DNA of 53,452 nucleotides from Burkholderiales bacterium (GCA_039649305.1 JBBWZW010000106.1:1-53452), one strand, 5' to 3'; positions 1 to 12,963 are shown, counted from the stretch's first letter. The notes: generated by a model from the sequence alone, not told the origin. Program-made: numbers and translations.

Positions 1-284
1 TGCGTATCGAGCACCTGGGTGCCGAAGTACAGCACCGGCGTGGCGACCACGCCGAGGTCAATCACATCGACACCGGTGGACTGCAAACCGGCCGCCAGCG
101 CCGCTGTCAGTTCCGGACCCGACAAGCGTCCGTCGCGGCCGATGACGACTACCTGTTGGCCCTTCGCGCGCGCGGCTGAGCCGAATGCCTGGCCGATTTG
201 TTTTGCGACCGACGCATCCAGCGTCTTGCCGATGATGCCCCGGATATCGTAGGCCTTGAATATGCTTTGTGAGAGTGCCGTCAT
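1..284 (-). CDS. Phosphomannomutase/phosphoglucomutase (AlgC/ManB family), 5' part only, runs off the window edge
   Basis: Hand translation from ATG at 284 gives MTALSQSIFKAYDIRGIIGKTLD...VIGRDGRLSG...DLGVVATP, with the FKAYDIRG and GRDGR motifs. Absent from the ORF track because no stop lies in the window. Confidence 0.92.
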   Translation of the reverse strand, partial: MTALSQSIFKAYDIRGIIGKTLDASVAKQIGQAFGSAARAKGQQVVVIGRDGRLSGPELTAALAAGLQSTGVDVIDLGVVATPVLYFGTQVLDT

Positions 285-365
285 GTTTGCAGGAAGGAAC
301 GGGAGAATACGCAATGATACCCCTGCTTTACCCCGGCGGCGCAATCCCGGAGCAACGGCAAAGGC

Positions 366-680
366 TCATATGCGCAAAGCGTCCAGCGGCTGCCCGGAAG
401 CTACCCAGTCCTTGACCCATCTCGGTTGGCGGCCGCGTCCACTCCAGCGCAGGGACTTGTTCGCCGGATGGCGATAACGGGGAGCCGTTACACTGTTGCT
501 GTTCCTGTTGCGGACGTCGCTGGAGAGCAGTTCCTTCAATGGCATACCCACACTTTGCGCGATGGCGATGATCTGCTCGCGCGCCTCCTCCAGTTCCTGT
601 TGCTCACGCTTTTTGGCCTCTTGCGTTACCTGATCCTGCAATGCGCGCAGGTCCGCCAATGACAAACGGGATAAATCCAT
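366..680 (-). CDS. H-NS family nucleoid protein
   Basis: Coiled-coil N-terminus; C-terminal PRYRHP...WSGRGRQPRW DNA-binding motif; AGGAG SD upstream. Confidence 0.93.
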   Translation of the reverse strand: MDLSRLSLADLRALQDQVTQEAKKREQQELEEAREQIIAIAQSVGMPLKELLSSDVRNRNSNSVTAPRYRHPANKSLRWSGRGRQPRWVKDWVASGQPLDALRI

Positions 681-755
681 CTTCGCTCCTTAAAAAATGA
701 TCAACGAACACAAGTCCGCGCACCATCTGCTTGTCGGCAACGGCTGCGGAAACCC

Positions 756-1847
756 CTACCTTCGCCTTCCAAGAATCAACCAGCGAGGCGACCTGAAGCG
801 CACTATGCGCGCATACAGCCAGACATAAACGAATACGAACATCGCACAGAAGGCCATCAGTATTCCAGTGTGACGCCAGAATACGGTCGCGGGAATGACC
901 GCCAACAGGGACAGCAGCCATAGATAAGGCGACGTCAGCGCATTGCGACGGGTAAGCGCCGATCCGTCATTACCGACGGCCCATAGCACCACGCGCCGGA
1001 AAATCAGGCTATGCAAATGTATCCCGTCCGGCAGGCCCGGGGATTTGCCGCGCAAAAACAGGCGCCTGTATATGGAAAACAGCGTTTCGAATACCGGATA
1101 AATCAGGAGTAACGCGGCATACCAGGTCGATACCTGCGGGTTGCGCATTACCAGCATGACCGACAACTCGCCCAGCATGAATCCGAGGAAATAGGCGCCG
1201 CCGTCCCCCAGAAAAATAAACCCGACCGGGTAATTCCACACCAGGAAACCGGCTGTTGCTCCGGCCACCAGCAAAGCAGCAACCAGGATGAACACATCGT
1301 TGACTTGCAGCGCCACATAACAAAGCGAGAACAGCATGCATATCGTGACGACTCCCGCCAGGCCGTTAAAGCCGTCGATGATGTTGATTGCATTGGCAAT
1401 ACCCGCGACCGCCAGCAAAGTTAAAGGCAATGCAATCCACAGATAATGTAACGACCATTGCGAAAATAGCCAGTCAATGCGATCAATCCGCGCATCGAGC
1501 AGAAAATATCCCATCGCCGCGGCGCATAAAGTAAAAACCAGCCGGCGCAGCGGGCTGACACGCTGCGTGTAGTCCTCAATAAGGCCGCCGATCAGCGCAA
1601 TGGAGGAGCAGATCAGCAGCAATAGCATGCTCCGCGCGAGAGACGGCGAACGCCAGCTTGCCGCCATCGCGCCGAAAACCACCGCGAAGAAAATCGCCAG
1701 GCCGCCAATACGCGGCACTGCTGTCGCATGCACCTTTTGCACACTCATCAGGTCGGAATCCAACGCGGTTCCATGCAGCCTCGCTTGTTTAATCAAAAAC
1801 AAGGTCAGGAATGTCGCTATCGCGAAGCTGATGAAAAATGTAGACAC
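756..1847 (-). CDS. Undecaprenyl-phosphate sugar-1-phosphate transferase (WecA/WbpL, MraY-like family)
   Basis: Polytopic membrane protein with VPRIGG, NAINIIDGFNGL, FLGDGGAYFLG and PDGIHLHS motifs. Confidence 0.9.
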   Translation of the reverse strand: MSTFFISFAIATFLTLFLIKQARLHGTALDSDLMSVQKVHATAVPRIGGLAIFFAVVFGAMAASWRSPSLARSMLLLLICSSIALIGGLIEDYTQRVSPLRRLVFTLCAAAMGYFLLDARIDRIDWLFSQWSLHYLWIALPLTLLAVAGIANAINIIDGFNGLAGVVTICMLFSLCYVALQVNDVFILVAALLVAGATAGFLVWNYPVGFIFLGDGGAYFLGFMLGELSVMLVMRNPQVSTWYAALLLIYPVFETLFSIYRRLFLRGKSPGLPDGIHLHSLIFRRVVLWAVGNDGSALTRRNALTSPYLWLLSLLAVIPATVFWRHTGILMAFCAMFVFVYVWLYARIVRFRSPRWLILGRRR

Positions 1848-2040
1848 TGTTTTCGCGCGCCGGGTTTGCCTGCCATTTTCCCCAGCGGCATACCCTGCCG
1901 CATGCAGGGAAATTAATGAAAAGACAATATCAAGGAGGACTTATGATAGATCAGCGTAGTATGGATTTGATCGTGACTTCCAGCCGGCTTAACTTATCTC
2001 AAGCGCGATGGGGATGTTGATGGTGGACAAAGCGTGGCGG

Positions 2041-3177
2041 TCATTCCTGCGGCGAGCCGTCCAATACCCTGCGATACAAGGACACATAAGACTCGGCCAT
2101 TCTTTTAGCGGTGAAGAGTTGTTCGTAGCGTTTTCTTGCTCGCATTCCCATCTCGGCCGCAAGCGCATGGTCGCCATCGAGTAGCTCCATTGCCTTGCGC
2201 AGCGCAAGCGGATCATTCGGCGGCACTACCAGGCCCGTCACGCCATCGATATTGACATAGCTGCTGCCGGTGCCGATTTCCGACGAAATCAGCGGTTTGT
2301 TGTACATCGCGCCCTCGAGCAGGGTGACGCCAAAAGCTTCCGAGCGTAAATGCGACGGGAACACGACCGCGCGACTCAGCTTGAGCAACGCGACCTTATC
2401 CTCGTCCGAGACGGCCCCGAGGAACCGCACGTTCTTAAGGCCGAGCCGCAATGCCTGCTGTTTAAGATCGGCCTCTACCGGGCCGGCGCCGACTATCACC
2501 ACCCGGCACGCGGTATTGGCGCAGGCCTCAAGCAGGATATGCAGTCCCTTGTAATAGCGCAGCACACCGACGAAGAAGAAAAACTGCTCGCCTACTTGTT
2601 CGCGCCAGTATTGCACGCGGGACGGCGTAGGCTGTGGATAGCTGGCTTCGTCCAGCCCGATGGGAATGACCGTGGACTTGTCGCGATAATCCTGCAGCAG
2701 CTCGCTGCTTTGCAAGTAGTTGGGCGAGGTCGGCACAATTGCCCGCAGGTTCGAAAAAAAACGTCGCATCAGGGGCCGGTAGAGCGGCATCAGGACACGC
2801 TGTCGCACCACGTCCGAGTGATACGTCAACACCGCAGGTTTCGCCTTGGCCACCACCAGGTGCAGCAGGTCGCCGAACGGCCACGGATAGTGATAGTGAA
2901 TCAGGTCCGCCCTGCGCACCGCTTCCCGGAATACCGCGAACGAGCGGCAAGACATTGGCGTGGAAGCGATTTCAACGTGCGCCTGGGCACGTACGATCTC
3001 GGTGGGACCATCATGCAACAGCGGCACGGTATTCGCCTGCCGGCTCAGCGTGAAAATCCGGTTTGCCACGCTCATGGGTGCGGTGGCCGTGCTCAATTGC
3101 CTGATCACCTGCTCTACCCCGCCGAGGGAGTCGGGATAGTAGGTCTTGAAAACATGGAGCACGCGCGTCGATGACAT
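2041..3177 (-). CDS. GT4 glycosyltransferase, WbpZ-like
   Basis: RVLHVFKTYYP..GGVEQVI, HYHYPWPF, TYHSD, FVGVLRYYKGL and FPSHLRSEAFG resemble P. aeruginosa WbpZ as I recall it. Start set at ATG 3177, just after the upstream stop. Confidence 0.85.
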   Translation of the reverse strand: MSSTRVLHVFKTYYPDSLGGVEQVIRQLSTATAPMSVANRIFTLSRQANTVPLLHDGPTEIVRAQAHVEIASTPMSCRSFAVFREAVRRADLIHYHYPWPFGDLLHLVVAKAKPAVLTYHSDVVRQRVLMPLYRPLMRRFFSNLRAIVPTSPNYLQSSELLQDYRDKSTVIPIGLDEASYPQPTPSRVQYWREQVGEQFFFFVGVLRYYKGLHILLEACANTACRVVIVGAGPVEADLKQQALRLGLKNVRFLGAVSDEDKVALLKLSRAVVFPSHLRSEAFGVTLLEGAMYNKPLISSEIGTGSSYVNIDGVTGLVVPPNDPLALRKAMELLDGDHALAAEMGMRARKRYEQLFTAKRMAESYVSLYRRVLDGSPQE

Positions 3178-3181
3178 GGAA

Positions 3182-4299
3182 TCAGTGCCCGAGTACAGAC
3201 CGATATACCGCGGCCGTTTCATCCAGGGTGCGGCTCCAGGTCAATTGCGCCGCGCGCGCACGCCCGGCGCCGATACAACGTTGCCGCAGCGCCTCGTCGC
3301 GCGTCAGGCGCAGCATGGCATCGCCCAGTTCCTTGATTGAATACGGGTCGATCTCCAGTGCGGCGCCTTGCGATACTTCCGGCAACGAGGTGGTATTCGA
3401 TGTCACCACCGGAACACCCGACGCAAACGCTTCAACCACGGGGATGCCGAACCCTTCATGCAGCGAAGGAAATACAAACACGCCCGCGCCCGCGTACAGC
3501 TGCCTCAATGCATCCTCCCCCGCCACATAGTCCAGCCATATCACAGGCTCCCCCCGCTGCTGCGCGCCTTTAATCTGCATCAGCAGATCTTCACAGAGCC
3601 AGCCGGCACGACCGGCGATAACCAATTGCCTTTCTTTTCTCACGTCCGGCGGCAGCGCAAGGTACGCCTGCAGGATTCGTTCGATATTTTTCCGTGGCTG
3701 CAAGGTCCCGACAAACAGGAAGTACCCTGGCCGCAGGCCATGCCTGGCAAGCATGCGGGCGGTCACTCCCGGCGCAGGTGCTTCGAACCAATGCGACGCA
3801 ACGCCGCACGGAACCACGCTGATGCGCCGTTCGTCGACACCGAAACATTCCATCAGCTCCTTGACCGAAAAATGCGATAGCGCGATCACGTGGTCCGCAT
3901 TCCTCGCCGTTCTGCGCAGCAGGGAATTCTTCAGTCGTCGCATGCCGCCTCCGTACCATTCCGGATACCGCATGGGCGAGGCGTCATGCAGCGTTGCAAC
4001 GACGGGGCAGTCCATGCGTATGATCCGATAATCGGTCGCGTGGAAAATATCAACCGCGACCCTGGTACGACATTGCGGGATCACGAGATCTCGCAAAAAC
4101 GCGAACTCCTGTGCCGCCGGCAACGCCCGTCCGACCGCCAGGCCGGCACTTCCGAACAAGGCCGGAAAAGACCATCCCTGTACATTGCATCCGTGAGACG
4201 ACAGGCCTTTCAGCAGTACCGACGTATACGTGCCGATGCCGTCGACGCCCAGCCGTACGTAATCCGGTTCAAGCAGGTTGGTGGACAGGCCGAGAGTAA

Positions 4300-4303
<4 letters not shown>
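3182..4303 (-). CDS. GT4 glycosyltransferase, WbpY-like
   Basis: DGIGTYT, FLFVGTLQPRKN and FPSLHEGFGIPVVEAFASGVPV motifs; 4-nt overlap with the rmd stop. Confidence 0.85.
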
Positions 4304-6247
<1,944 letters not shown>

Positions 6248-6388
6248 TCAGTTCTGTTTAACGTTTGTAAATAAGCCGGGATGCAGGCATCCCTGGCCGA
6301 TAAAAGCTTTCTCCGAAAAGCCGGGCATACGCAATGAAAAGATTCCTCTCACGGCAAGTGCGCATCTGACGCACCCGCCGCAAAACCT

Positions 6389-7798
6389 CTATACCACCCT
6401 GCCGTACACGTCCTCAAACCGGACGATATCGTCTTCACCCAGGTAGGGGCCGCACTGCACCTCGATCAGCGCCAGTTCAACGGCTGTGGGATTGGTGAGG
6501 CGATGCTTGTTCCCCGCCGGGATATATGTCGATTCGTTCGCCTGCAATTCAATGACTTGTTCACCGTTCACCACTTCGGCAGTGCCGGACACGATCACCC
6601 AGTGTTCGCTGCGCTTGTGGTGCATTTGCAAGGAAAGCGATGCACCGGGCTTGACCACTATGCGCTTGATCTTGAACCCGGGGCCTTCTTCCAGCACGGT
6701 GTACGAGCCCCACGGTCGCATCACGGTACGGTGTGTCTTGTGCGCTTCATGGCCGGCGGCTTTCAGGCGGCTCACCACCTGGCGCACTTCCTGGCTTTTC
6801 GATTTATCCGCCACCAGCAGCGCGTCAGGTGTGTCGATGACAATCAGGTTTTCGGCGCCAATGACTGCAACCAGCCGGTTATTGGTCTCGATGTGGGTGT
6901 TGTGACTGTCGATCATGATGGTCTGGCAGTCGTTGCTGGAGTTGCCGTCGGCATCAGCAGTACTTGCTTCCGCTACCGCATTCCAGGCGCCTATATCGCT
7001 CCAGTCGAAATCGCCGGGAATAACGGCGATGTTCTTCGCTTTCTCCATCACCGCATAATCGATGGAAATGTTTTCCAGTTCGTTAAAGGCGGGCGGCAGC
7101 ACCATCTTGTCGAGTTCAAGCGGCGTATTCTTCCAAACCGATTGCGCCGCCTCCAGCAGGGCCGGGTTGTAGGTTTCGAAGGCATCCAGGATGGAGCTTG
7201 CCTTGAAGCAGAACATGCCGCTGTTCCAGACGTAATTGCCCTGGGCCAGGTACCGTGCGGCGGTGACCGCATCGGGCTTTTCCACGAACCGCTGCACGAA
7301 ATTCGCATGCTGGCTGACGTTGTTGCCCATCTCGATGTAGCCGAAGCCGGTTTCCGGCGCCCTCGGACGTACTCCGAAGAGCACCAGGAAGCCGTCTCTC
7401 GCAAGCGCTTCCGCATGTTGGACCGCGGTGTAAAAGGTCGGCGTATCCTTGATCAAGTGGTCTGCCGGCAGGACCAGCATGCAGGCATCCTCGTCCTGCT
7501 CCATCGCCCACAGCGCCGCCATTGCAATTGCGGGCGCGGTGTTGCGGCCGGTCGGCTCAAGCAGGTATCGCGGCTTGGTCTCCTGTTCAGCGAGCTCGTC
7601 GCGAGACAGGAAATAATAGTCGCGGTTGGTGACGATCAACGGTGCGGTGTTACCAGCGACCGCCAAAGCGCGCTCATGCGTTTGCTTCAGCAGGCTTTTG
7701 CCGCCGCCGATGCGCATGAAAGGCTTCGGGTGCGCCTCGCGTGATACTGGCCAAAGCCGGGTTCCAGCGCCGCCGGAAAGAATGATGGGAATTAACAT
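6389..7798 (-). CDS. manC: Mannose-1-phosphate guanylyltransferase/mannose-6-phosphate isomerase (ManC/WbpW)
   Basis: ILSGGAGTRLWPVSR, FVEKP, WNSGMF, ISIDYAVME; C-terminal cupin RPWG...SLQMHHKRSEHW. Confidence 0.95.
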   Translation of the reverse strand: MLIPIILSGGAGTRLWPVSREAHPKPFMRIGGGKSLLKQTHERALAVAGNTAPLIVTNRDYYFLSRDELAEQETKPRYLLEPTGRNTAPAIAMAALWAMEQDEDACMLVLPADHLIKDTPTFYTAVQHAEALARDGFLVLFGVRPRAPETGFGYIEMGNNVSQHANFVQRFVEKPDAVTAARYLAQGNYVWNSGMFCFKASSILDAFETYNPALLEAAQSVWKNTPLELDKMVLPPAFNELENISIDYAVMEKAKNIAVIPGDFDWSDIGAWNAVAEASTADADGNSSNDCQTIMIDSHNTHIETNNRLVAVIGAENLIVIDTPDALLVADKSKSQEVRQVVSRLKAAGHEAHKTHRTVMRPWGSYTVLEEGPGFKIKRIVVKPGASLSLQMHHKRSEHWVIVSGTAEVVNGEQVIELQANESTYIPAGNKHRLTNPTAVELALIEVQCGPYLGEDDIVRFEDVYGRVV

Positions 7799-8264
7799 AG
7801 TGCGATCTCGCAGTTCCTAACCAGGTGAGGCATGGGATAATCGGGTAAAACTTTCTCCACTTGGCAGCGCCACTTCATTCCTGACACAAAGTCCTGAAGC
7901 TTTCCGGGCGCCACGCATTTGCAGCGTCGGATGTTTATGTGTCTTCATGATGTCAAGGGTCTTGCCGTCCGCTTTTACTTAATGTCGTTTGCGTCAAAAC
8001 AGTCTGAGCGAAGCGATACCCCGCGATTTGACGTTGCGCAGTAAGAGGGCGCCACCAGTGCCACTCTTGCAACGGTCCTTGCTGAAGATCAAGTTTGTAG
8101 CCGCCTGGAATGCGCGGCGAGGGATCGGCCATGTTATTTCTTCCGTTGCGCAGGAATAGCCGGCCGAATTTTTTGTGCGGGCGTCAGCGCATCGACCGCC
8201 GCAACTTTGCCTTTTTCATTTTTTCACGGCAACATTCAGCTATTTTGGTCATTGCAGATTTTTT

Positions 8265-9089
8265 ATGTCGACTTACGCCATTGGCGACCTACAGGGATGC
8301 CACCCGAATCTCGTTGAACTCCTTGAACGAATTCATTCCGCAAGCACCAATCCGAAATTCATCTTTGTCGGCGACCTCGTCAATCGCGGCCCGAACTCGC
8401 TGGCGACGCTGAGACTGATCCGCTCACTGGGTAGTAACGCCCGCACGGTGTTGGGCAATCACGATTTGCATTTGCTGGCGGTCGCGCAAGGTATTCGAAA
8501 ACCCGGCGCCTCCGACACAATCGACGACATCCTGGCCGCTCCGGATTGCGAAGAATTGCTCGACTGGCTGCGCATGCAGCCGTTGGCGCTGTTTGAGCAA
8601 GGACATTTGCTGGTGCATGCGGGCGTGTTGCCGCAATGGACAGCGGAGCAAACGCTCGAGCTTGCAAGTGAAGTGGAAACCGTGCTGCGCGGCCCCGACT
8701 GGATCGACTTCCTGCGGCAGATGTACGGCAACCTGCCGGACAAATGGGATGAAGGGCTCGCAGGCATGGACCGCTTGCGTTGCATCGTGAATGCGTTGAC
8801 CCGCATCCGTTATTGCACGGTCGACGGCAGGATGCAGCTGCTTCACGGCAAGGGGGTCGAAATGCCCCAGCCGGGATACATGCCCTGGTTTGACGTGCCG
8901 GGTCGCCGGACCGTGGAGGTGCCAATCGGGTTCGGACATTGGTCGACGCTGGGATTGACGGTGCGCCCCAACCTGATCGGCCTCGATACCGGTTGCCTGT
9001 GGGGCGGCAAACTTAGTGCGGTTTGCCTGGAAGACCGCTCAGTGATTCAGGTGCAGTGCCCGCAGTATCAGCGGCCGGGTGAGATCTGA
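8265..9089 (+). CDS. apaH: Symmetrical bis(5'-nucleosyl)-tetraphosphatase
   Basis: [34 protein letters not shown] and LDTGCLWGG; start set at ATG 8265. Confidence 0.95.
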   Translation: MSTYAIGDLQGCHPNLVELLERIHSASTNPKFIFVGDLVNRGPNSLATLRLIRSLGSNARTVLGNHDLHLLAVAQGIRKPGASDTIDDILAAPDCEELLDWLRMQPLALFEQGHLLVHAGVLPQWTAEQTLELASEVETVLRGPDWIDFLRQMYGNLPDKWDEGLAGMDRLRCIVNALTRIRYCTVDGRMQLLHGKGVEMPQPGYMPWFDVPGRRTVEVPIGFGHWSTLGLTVRPNLIGLDTGCLWGGKLSAVCLEDRSVIQVQCPQYQRPGEI

Positions 9090-9820
9090 TCGGCGAATAC
9101 GGCTTGCGAGATTGATTCATGTGCCGCGGCGGCGAGCTCCCGCCGGTGCGGCGTTCCCTCGACAGGAATAACCGGCAAAATCTCTATACACGCAGTGATC
9201 CCCTTCGCCTTCAGGATCCACAGCATGCTTTGCACAAACGTCGTCTCGCCGATAAATTCCACTGCCGGGTGGTGATTGCCTCGCGCATCGACATAGCGCA
9301 ATGCATAGGGCTGTATCGGCACGCGCGCTTCGATCGCCGCTTCAAACAAGTTGGCATGGAAAGGCAGCACCGTTCCCTGCGCAGACGTGGTCCCTTCGGG
9401 GAAGAACGCCACATGCTCCCCTGCATGGAGGCTGGTCACGAGGCCTTCATAAATCCTGCGCACATCGCGCACCTTCCCGCGCGAAATGAAAACCGTGCCG
9501 GCCTTGTCGCATAACCAGCCGATCAGCGGCCAGTCGCGGATATCCGCTTTCGCCACGAAGCGGCAGGAATGCAGTGAATTGATCACGAAGATGTCCAGCC
9601 AGGACACATGGTTGGCGACGATCATCGCATGCGAAGCCGGCTGCCCATGCGCTGCAGGGTTGATTTCAACGCGGATGCCGCAGAGTGCTACGAGTTTCTT
9701 CGACCACCGGTGTATGCGCGCCTCGCGTCCCGCGCGATTCACCGCCGGAAAAACCAGCGCGCACGTCAGCAAGCCTTCAAAAAGATGCAGCACGACCCGC
9801 AACAGCCGGTACGCGATCAT
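9068..9820 (-). CDS. 1-acyl-sn-glycerol-3-phosphate acyltransferase (PlsC family)
   Basis: NHVSWLD (HX4D), FVAK and FFPEGTT motifs; overlaps the convergent apaH stop region by 22 bp. Confidence 0.9.
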   Translation of the reverse strand: MIAYRLLRVVLHLFEGLLTCALVFPAVNRAGREARIHRWSKKLVALCGIRVEINPAAHGQPASHAMIVANHVSWLDIFVINSLHSCRFVAKADIRDWPLIGWLCDKAGTVFISRGKVRDVRRIYEGLVTSLHAGEHVAFFPEGTTSAQGTVLPFHANLFEAAIEARVPIQPYALRYVDARGNHHPAVEFIGETTFVQSMLWILKAKGITACIEILPVIPVEGTPHRRELAAAAHESISQAVFADQISPGR

Positions 9821-11124
9821 TCGCGCCCGGGTACCGCGGCGCGCTCGAAAGCGATATGCCCGGCGACTATCGTCGTCTTCACCTGCCCGGCCAGTTCGTA
9901 ACCGAGGAAGGGCGTGTGCTTGCCCTGGCTGGCGAGCGCTTTCGCATCCACCTTCCAGCGCGTCTCGGGATCAAATATGCAGACGTCAGCGATGCTGCCG
10001 ACCCCAAGCTGGCCGGACTTAAGACCAACGACCCGTGCCGCGTCCGAAGTAATTTTGCTGACCGCCTTGAACAATGGCTGCTGCGATTTCTGCACACATT
10101 CGTCAGCCCACTTCAGCGCCAGCGACAACAACAATTCCAGGCCGGTTGCACCCGGCGACGCTTCGCCGAACGGCAGCAGTTTTTCGTCGTCATCGACCGG
10201 GGTGTGATCGGAGCAGATCACATCGATGGTGCCGTCGAGCAGCGCCTGCCTGATCGCATCGCGGTCGCGCTGCGCGCGGAACGGCGGAGTGACACGCGCA
10301 TTCGAATCGAAGAAGCCAATGTCGGCATCGATTAAATGAATATGGTGCGCGCCGACGTCGCAGGTGACCGGCAAACCTTCCTTCTTCGCCGCGCGTATCA
10401 GGTCCAGTCCGGCAGCCGATGAGATGCGGCACAAGTGCACTTGCGCGCCAGTGGAGCGCACCAGTTCGAAAATCGTATGCAGCGCAATTGTCTCCGCAAT
10501 GACCGGCACCCCGGACAAGCCCAGGCGCGAGGCGACCGGTCCGCTGTGCGCGATGCCGCCGCGGCCAAGATGTGCATCCTGCGGACGCAGCCACACAGTG
10601 TAGCCAAAGGTCTTGGCATACTGCATCGCGCGCATCAGCACGTTGGTGTCGAGTATCGGTTGGTCAGCCTGGGAAAAACCGATGCAGCCTGCTTCGGTCA
10701 GCTCCGCCATTTCGGTGAGCGCCAGGCCTTTCAGACCCATCGTCAAAGCGCCGAGCGGATAGACATGGGCCTGGTTCAGGGTTTTGGCCCGATGCTTCAG
10801 CATCTCCACCAGGCCCGGTTCGTCCAGCACCGGGTCGGTGTCGGGCGGGCACACCAGGCTGGTCACGCCACCCTGCATTGCCGCCTGCATTTCGGATTCC
10901 AGCGTTGCCTTGTACTCATAACCCGGCTCGCGCAAGCGCACGCTCAGGTCGATCAGGCCCGGCGCAACGACCAATCCGGCCGCATCGATCGTCCTGGTGG
11001 CGGTGAAGCCGGAGGGCGCCTTCCCTATGCAAACCACCCTGCCCGCGGCGATGTATAAATCTTGTCGCGCATCGACACCGTTGGCCGGATCGATGAGATG
11101 GCCATTCTTGATATGGATCTTCAT
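9817..11124 (-). CDS. pyrC: Dihydroorotase-like protein (PyrC', probably a non-catalytic ATCase partner)
   Basis: Amidohydrolase fold motifs (PGLIDL, GGVTS, SDHTP), but the metal-binding HxH reads SVR; lies next to pyrB. Confidence 0.88.
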   Translation of the reverse strand: MKIHIKNGHLIDPANGVDARQDLYIAAGRVVCIGKAPSGFTATRTIDAAGLVVAPGLIDLSVRLREPGYEYKATLESEMQAAMQGGVTSLVCPPDTDPVLDEPGLVEMLKHRAKTLNQAHVYPLGALTMGLKGLALTEMAELTEAGCIGFSQADQPILDTNVLMRAMQYAKTFGYTVWLRPQDAHLGRGGIAHSGPVASRLGLSGVPVIAETIALHTIFELVRSTGAQVHLCRISSAAGLDLIRAAKKEGLPVTCDVGAHHIHLIDADIGFFDSNARVTPPFRAQRDRDAIRQALLDGTIDVICSDHTPVDDDEKLLPFGEASPGATGLELLLSLALKWADECVQKSQQPLFKAVSKITSDAARVVGLKSGQLGVGSIADVCIFDPETRWKVDAKALASQGKHTPFLGYELAGQVKTTIVAGHIAFERAAVPGRE

Positions 11125-11128
11125 TGTT

Positions 11129-12088
11129 TTAATTTCCCGCCAAAATACTCATCACCGCCATGCGTACCGCTATGCCGAACGTCACCTGCGGCAGGATCAC
11201 CGCTTGCGCACCATCGGCCACCGCCGAATCGATTTCAACGCCGCGGTTCATCGGGCCCGGGTGCATGACGATTGCATCCGGCTTGGCGAGGGCCAGACGC
11301 TCCGGCGTCAGGCCATAACTCTTGAAAAATTCCTGTGCTGAAGGAAGCAAGGCGCCGCTCATGCGCTCGTTCTGCAAGCGCAGCATGATGATCACATCGA
11401 CGCCCTTCAGGCCTTCGTTGATGTCGGTAAAGACACGCACGCCCATCTGCTCGAGCCCGCCCGGCAGCAACGTGCGTGGACCAATGGCGCGCACTTCGGG
11501 TACGCCGAGCGTCGTCAGTGCATGAATATCGGAACGCGCTACCCGGCTGTGCAGGATGTCGCCGACGATCGCCACCGTCAGGTTGGTGAAATCCTTCTTG
11601 TAATGCCGGATCGTGTACATGTCCAGCAAGCCCTGGGTCGGATGCGCATGACGGCCGTCGCCCGCATTCACTACGTGTACATGCGGTTGATCAGTATCGA
11701 TCAGGTGCTTGGCGATCAGGTATGGCGCGCCCGACTGCGCGTGGCGCACTACGAACATGTCGGCGTGCATCGCTGCCAGGTTATCGATGGTGTCGAGCAG
11801 CGACTCGCCCTTGCTGGCGCTGGATGCGGAGATGTTGAGGTTGATGACGTCCGCCGACAACCGCTTGGATGCGATCTCGAACGTGGTCCGGGTGCGCGTC
11901 GAATTTTCGAAGAACAGGTTGAACACGCTCTTGCCACGCATGAGCGGAACCTTCTTGACCTCGCGATCGCTGATGCTGACGAACGAGGACGCGGTGTCCA
12001 GTATATGGTTGATGACCGTTTTCGGCAGGCCTTCAATGGTGAGCAAATGCTGCAGCTCACCGTTTTTGTTCAATTGCGGGTTATGCAT
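11129..12088 (-). CDS. pyrB: Aspartate carbamoyltransferase catalytic subunit
   Basis: [35 protein letters not shown] and [12 protein letters not shown]; start ATG 12088 overlaps the pyrR end. Confidence 0.97.
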   Translation of the reverse strand: MHNPQLNKNGELQHLLTIEGLPKTVINHILDTASSFVSISDREVKKVPLMRGKSVFNLFFENSTRTRTTFEIASKRLSADVINLNISASSASKGESLLDTIDNLAAMHADMFVVRHAQSGAPYLIAKHLIDTDQPHVHVVNAGDGRHAHPTQGLLDMYTIRHYKKDFTNLTVAIVGDILHSRVARSDIHALTTLGVPEVRAIGPRTLLPGGLEQMGVRVFTDINEGLKGVDVIIMLRLQNERMSGALLPSAQEFFKSYGLTPERLALAKPDAIVMHPGPMNRGVEIDSAVADGAQAVILPQVTFGIAVRMAVMSILAGN

Positions 12089-12587
12089 GGTCCACCGTGA
12101 GGGAGAATCGGCCGTCGTCTGCGCGCTGCAGTACGAGTTGTTGGTCATCGGATAGTTTGATTGTGTCGGCGATGAAATCGGCGGCGATCGGCAACTCGCG
12201 TCCGCCGCGATCGACCAGGGCAGCCAGCATGATCTTCGCCGGACGGCCGTAGTCGAAAAGTTCGTTGATCGCCGCGCGCGTGGTGCGTCCCGTGTACAGC
12301 ACGTCATCCACCAGGACGATAGTCGCGCCGTCCACTTCAAACGGAATCTGGGTGGGCTTCACTTCGGCATGCAGCCCTTTTTCAGCGTAGTCGTCACGGT
12401 AGAACGACACGTCGATGAAGCCGAGACGTTCCGTCAGTTGCAATTCCATCGCCAGGCGCTCAGCCAACCACGCGCCTCCGGAGTGGATACCGACGATGGC
12501 GACATTCTCGGCATTCTTCAGCCCGGCCTTGAGGCGTTCCGACAGCACCGTGTACAGTGCCTCGGCATCGAGTTTAGGGTTCGGCAT
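12081..12587 (-). CDS. pyrR: PyrR-family phosphoribosyltransferase/regulator
   Basis: [17 protein letters not shown] and [11 protein letters not shown]; start ATG 12587. Confidence 0.92.
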   Translation of the reverse strand: MPNPKLDAEALYTVLSERLKAGLKNAENVAIVGIHSGGAWLAERLAMELQLTERLGFIDVSFYRDDYAEKGLHAEVKPTQIPFEVDGATIVLVDDVLYTGRTTRAAINELFDYGRPAKIMLAALVDRGGRELPIAADFIADTIKLSDDQQLVLQRADDGRFSLTVDHA

Positions 12588-12963
12588 ATTCGTTGAAGTA
12601 TTGTTGCAAAATGATTGCGGCGGCCTCCGCATCGATGACCTCGCCGCGCCGGTGCGGGATCACCGCGGAGGAATACCGCTCGTCCACCAGGACAGTAGCG
12701 ACGCCAAAGCGTCCGTTCAATTGATTCGCAAAGCGGCGGCAGCGGACCGTCATTTCATGTTCCGCGCCGTCCGGGTGGCTCGGCAAGCCGATCACGCAAC
12801 GCCCCGGCTGCCACTCCTCTATCAGTGCGGCGATCGCGGAAAACTTCGCGTCATTGGTGGCGGCGGTGATGACGGTGAGCGGCTGCGCCTGTCTGAGCAA
12901 GGTATTGCCGACTGCGACACCGATGCGTTTCAAACCGAAATCGAAACCAAGTACTGTCTCCAC
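12574..12963 (-). CDS. ruvX: YqgF/RuvX nuclease
   Basis: LGFDFGLKRIGVAVG, VIGLP, VDERYSS and IDAEAAAIILQ; GTG start, see finding on the upstream mini-ORF. Confidence 0.92.
   Translation of the reverse strand: METVLGFDFGLKRIGVAVGNTLLRQAQPLTVITAATNDAKFSAIAALIEEWQPGRCVIGLPSHPDGAEHEMTVRCRRFANQLNGRFGVATVLVDERYSSAVIPHRRGEVIDAEAAAIILQQYFNEYAEP

Noticed and set aside
7799-8264. Possible ops/JUMPstart element or sigma54 promoter upstream of manC
   Set aside because: The nearest matches (GGCGGCTAC; TGGCAC without a correctly spaced TTGC) miss the consensus.
9068-9089. 22-bp convergent overlap between apaH and the plsC-like gene
   Set aside because: Short tail-to-tail overlaps are common and both proteins look complete.
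11129-12340. N-terminal extensions in the ORF track (pyrB, apaH, phrB, corA, mtgA, aroE, WbpZ-like)
   Set aside because: They are artefacts of taking the first possible start; family-typical starts lie downstream and there is no frameshift or fusion.
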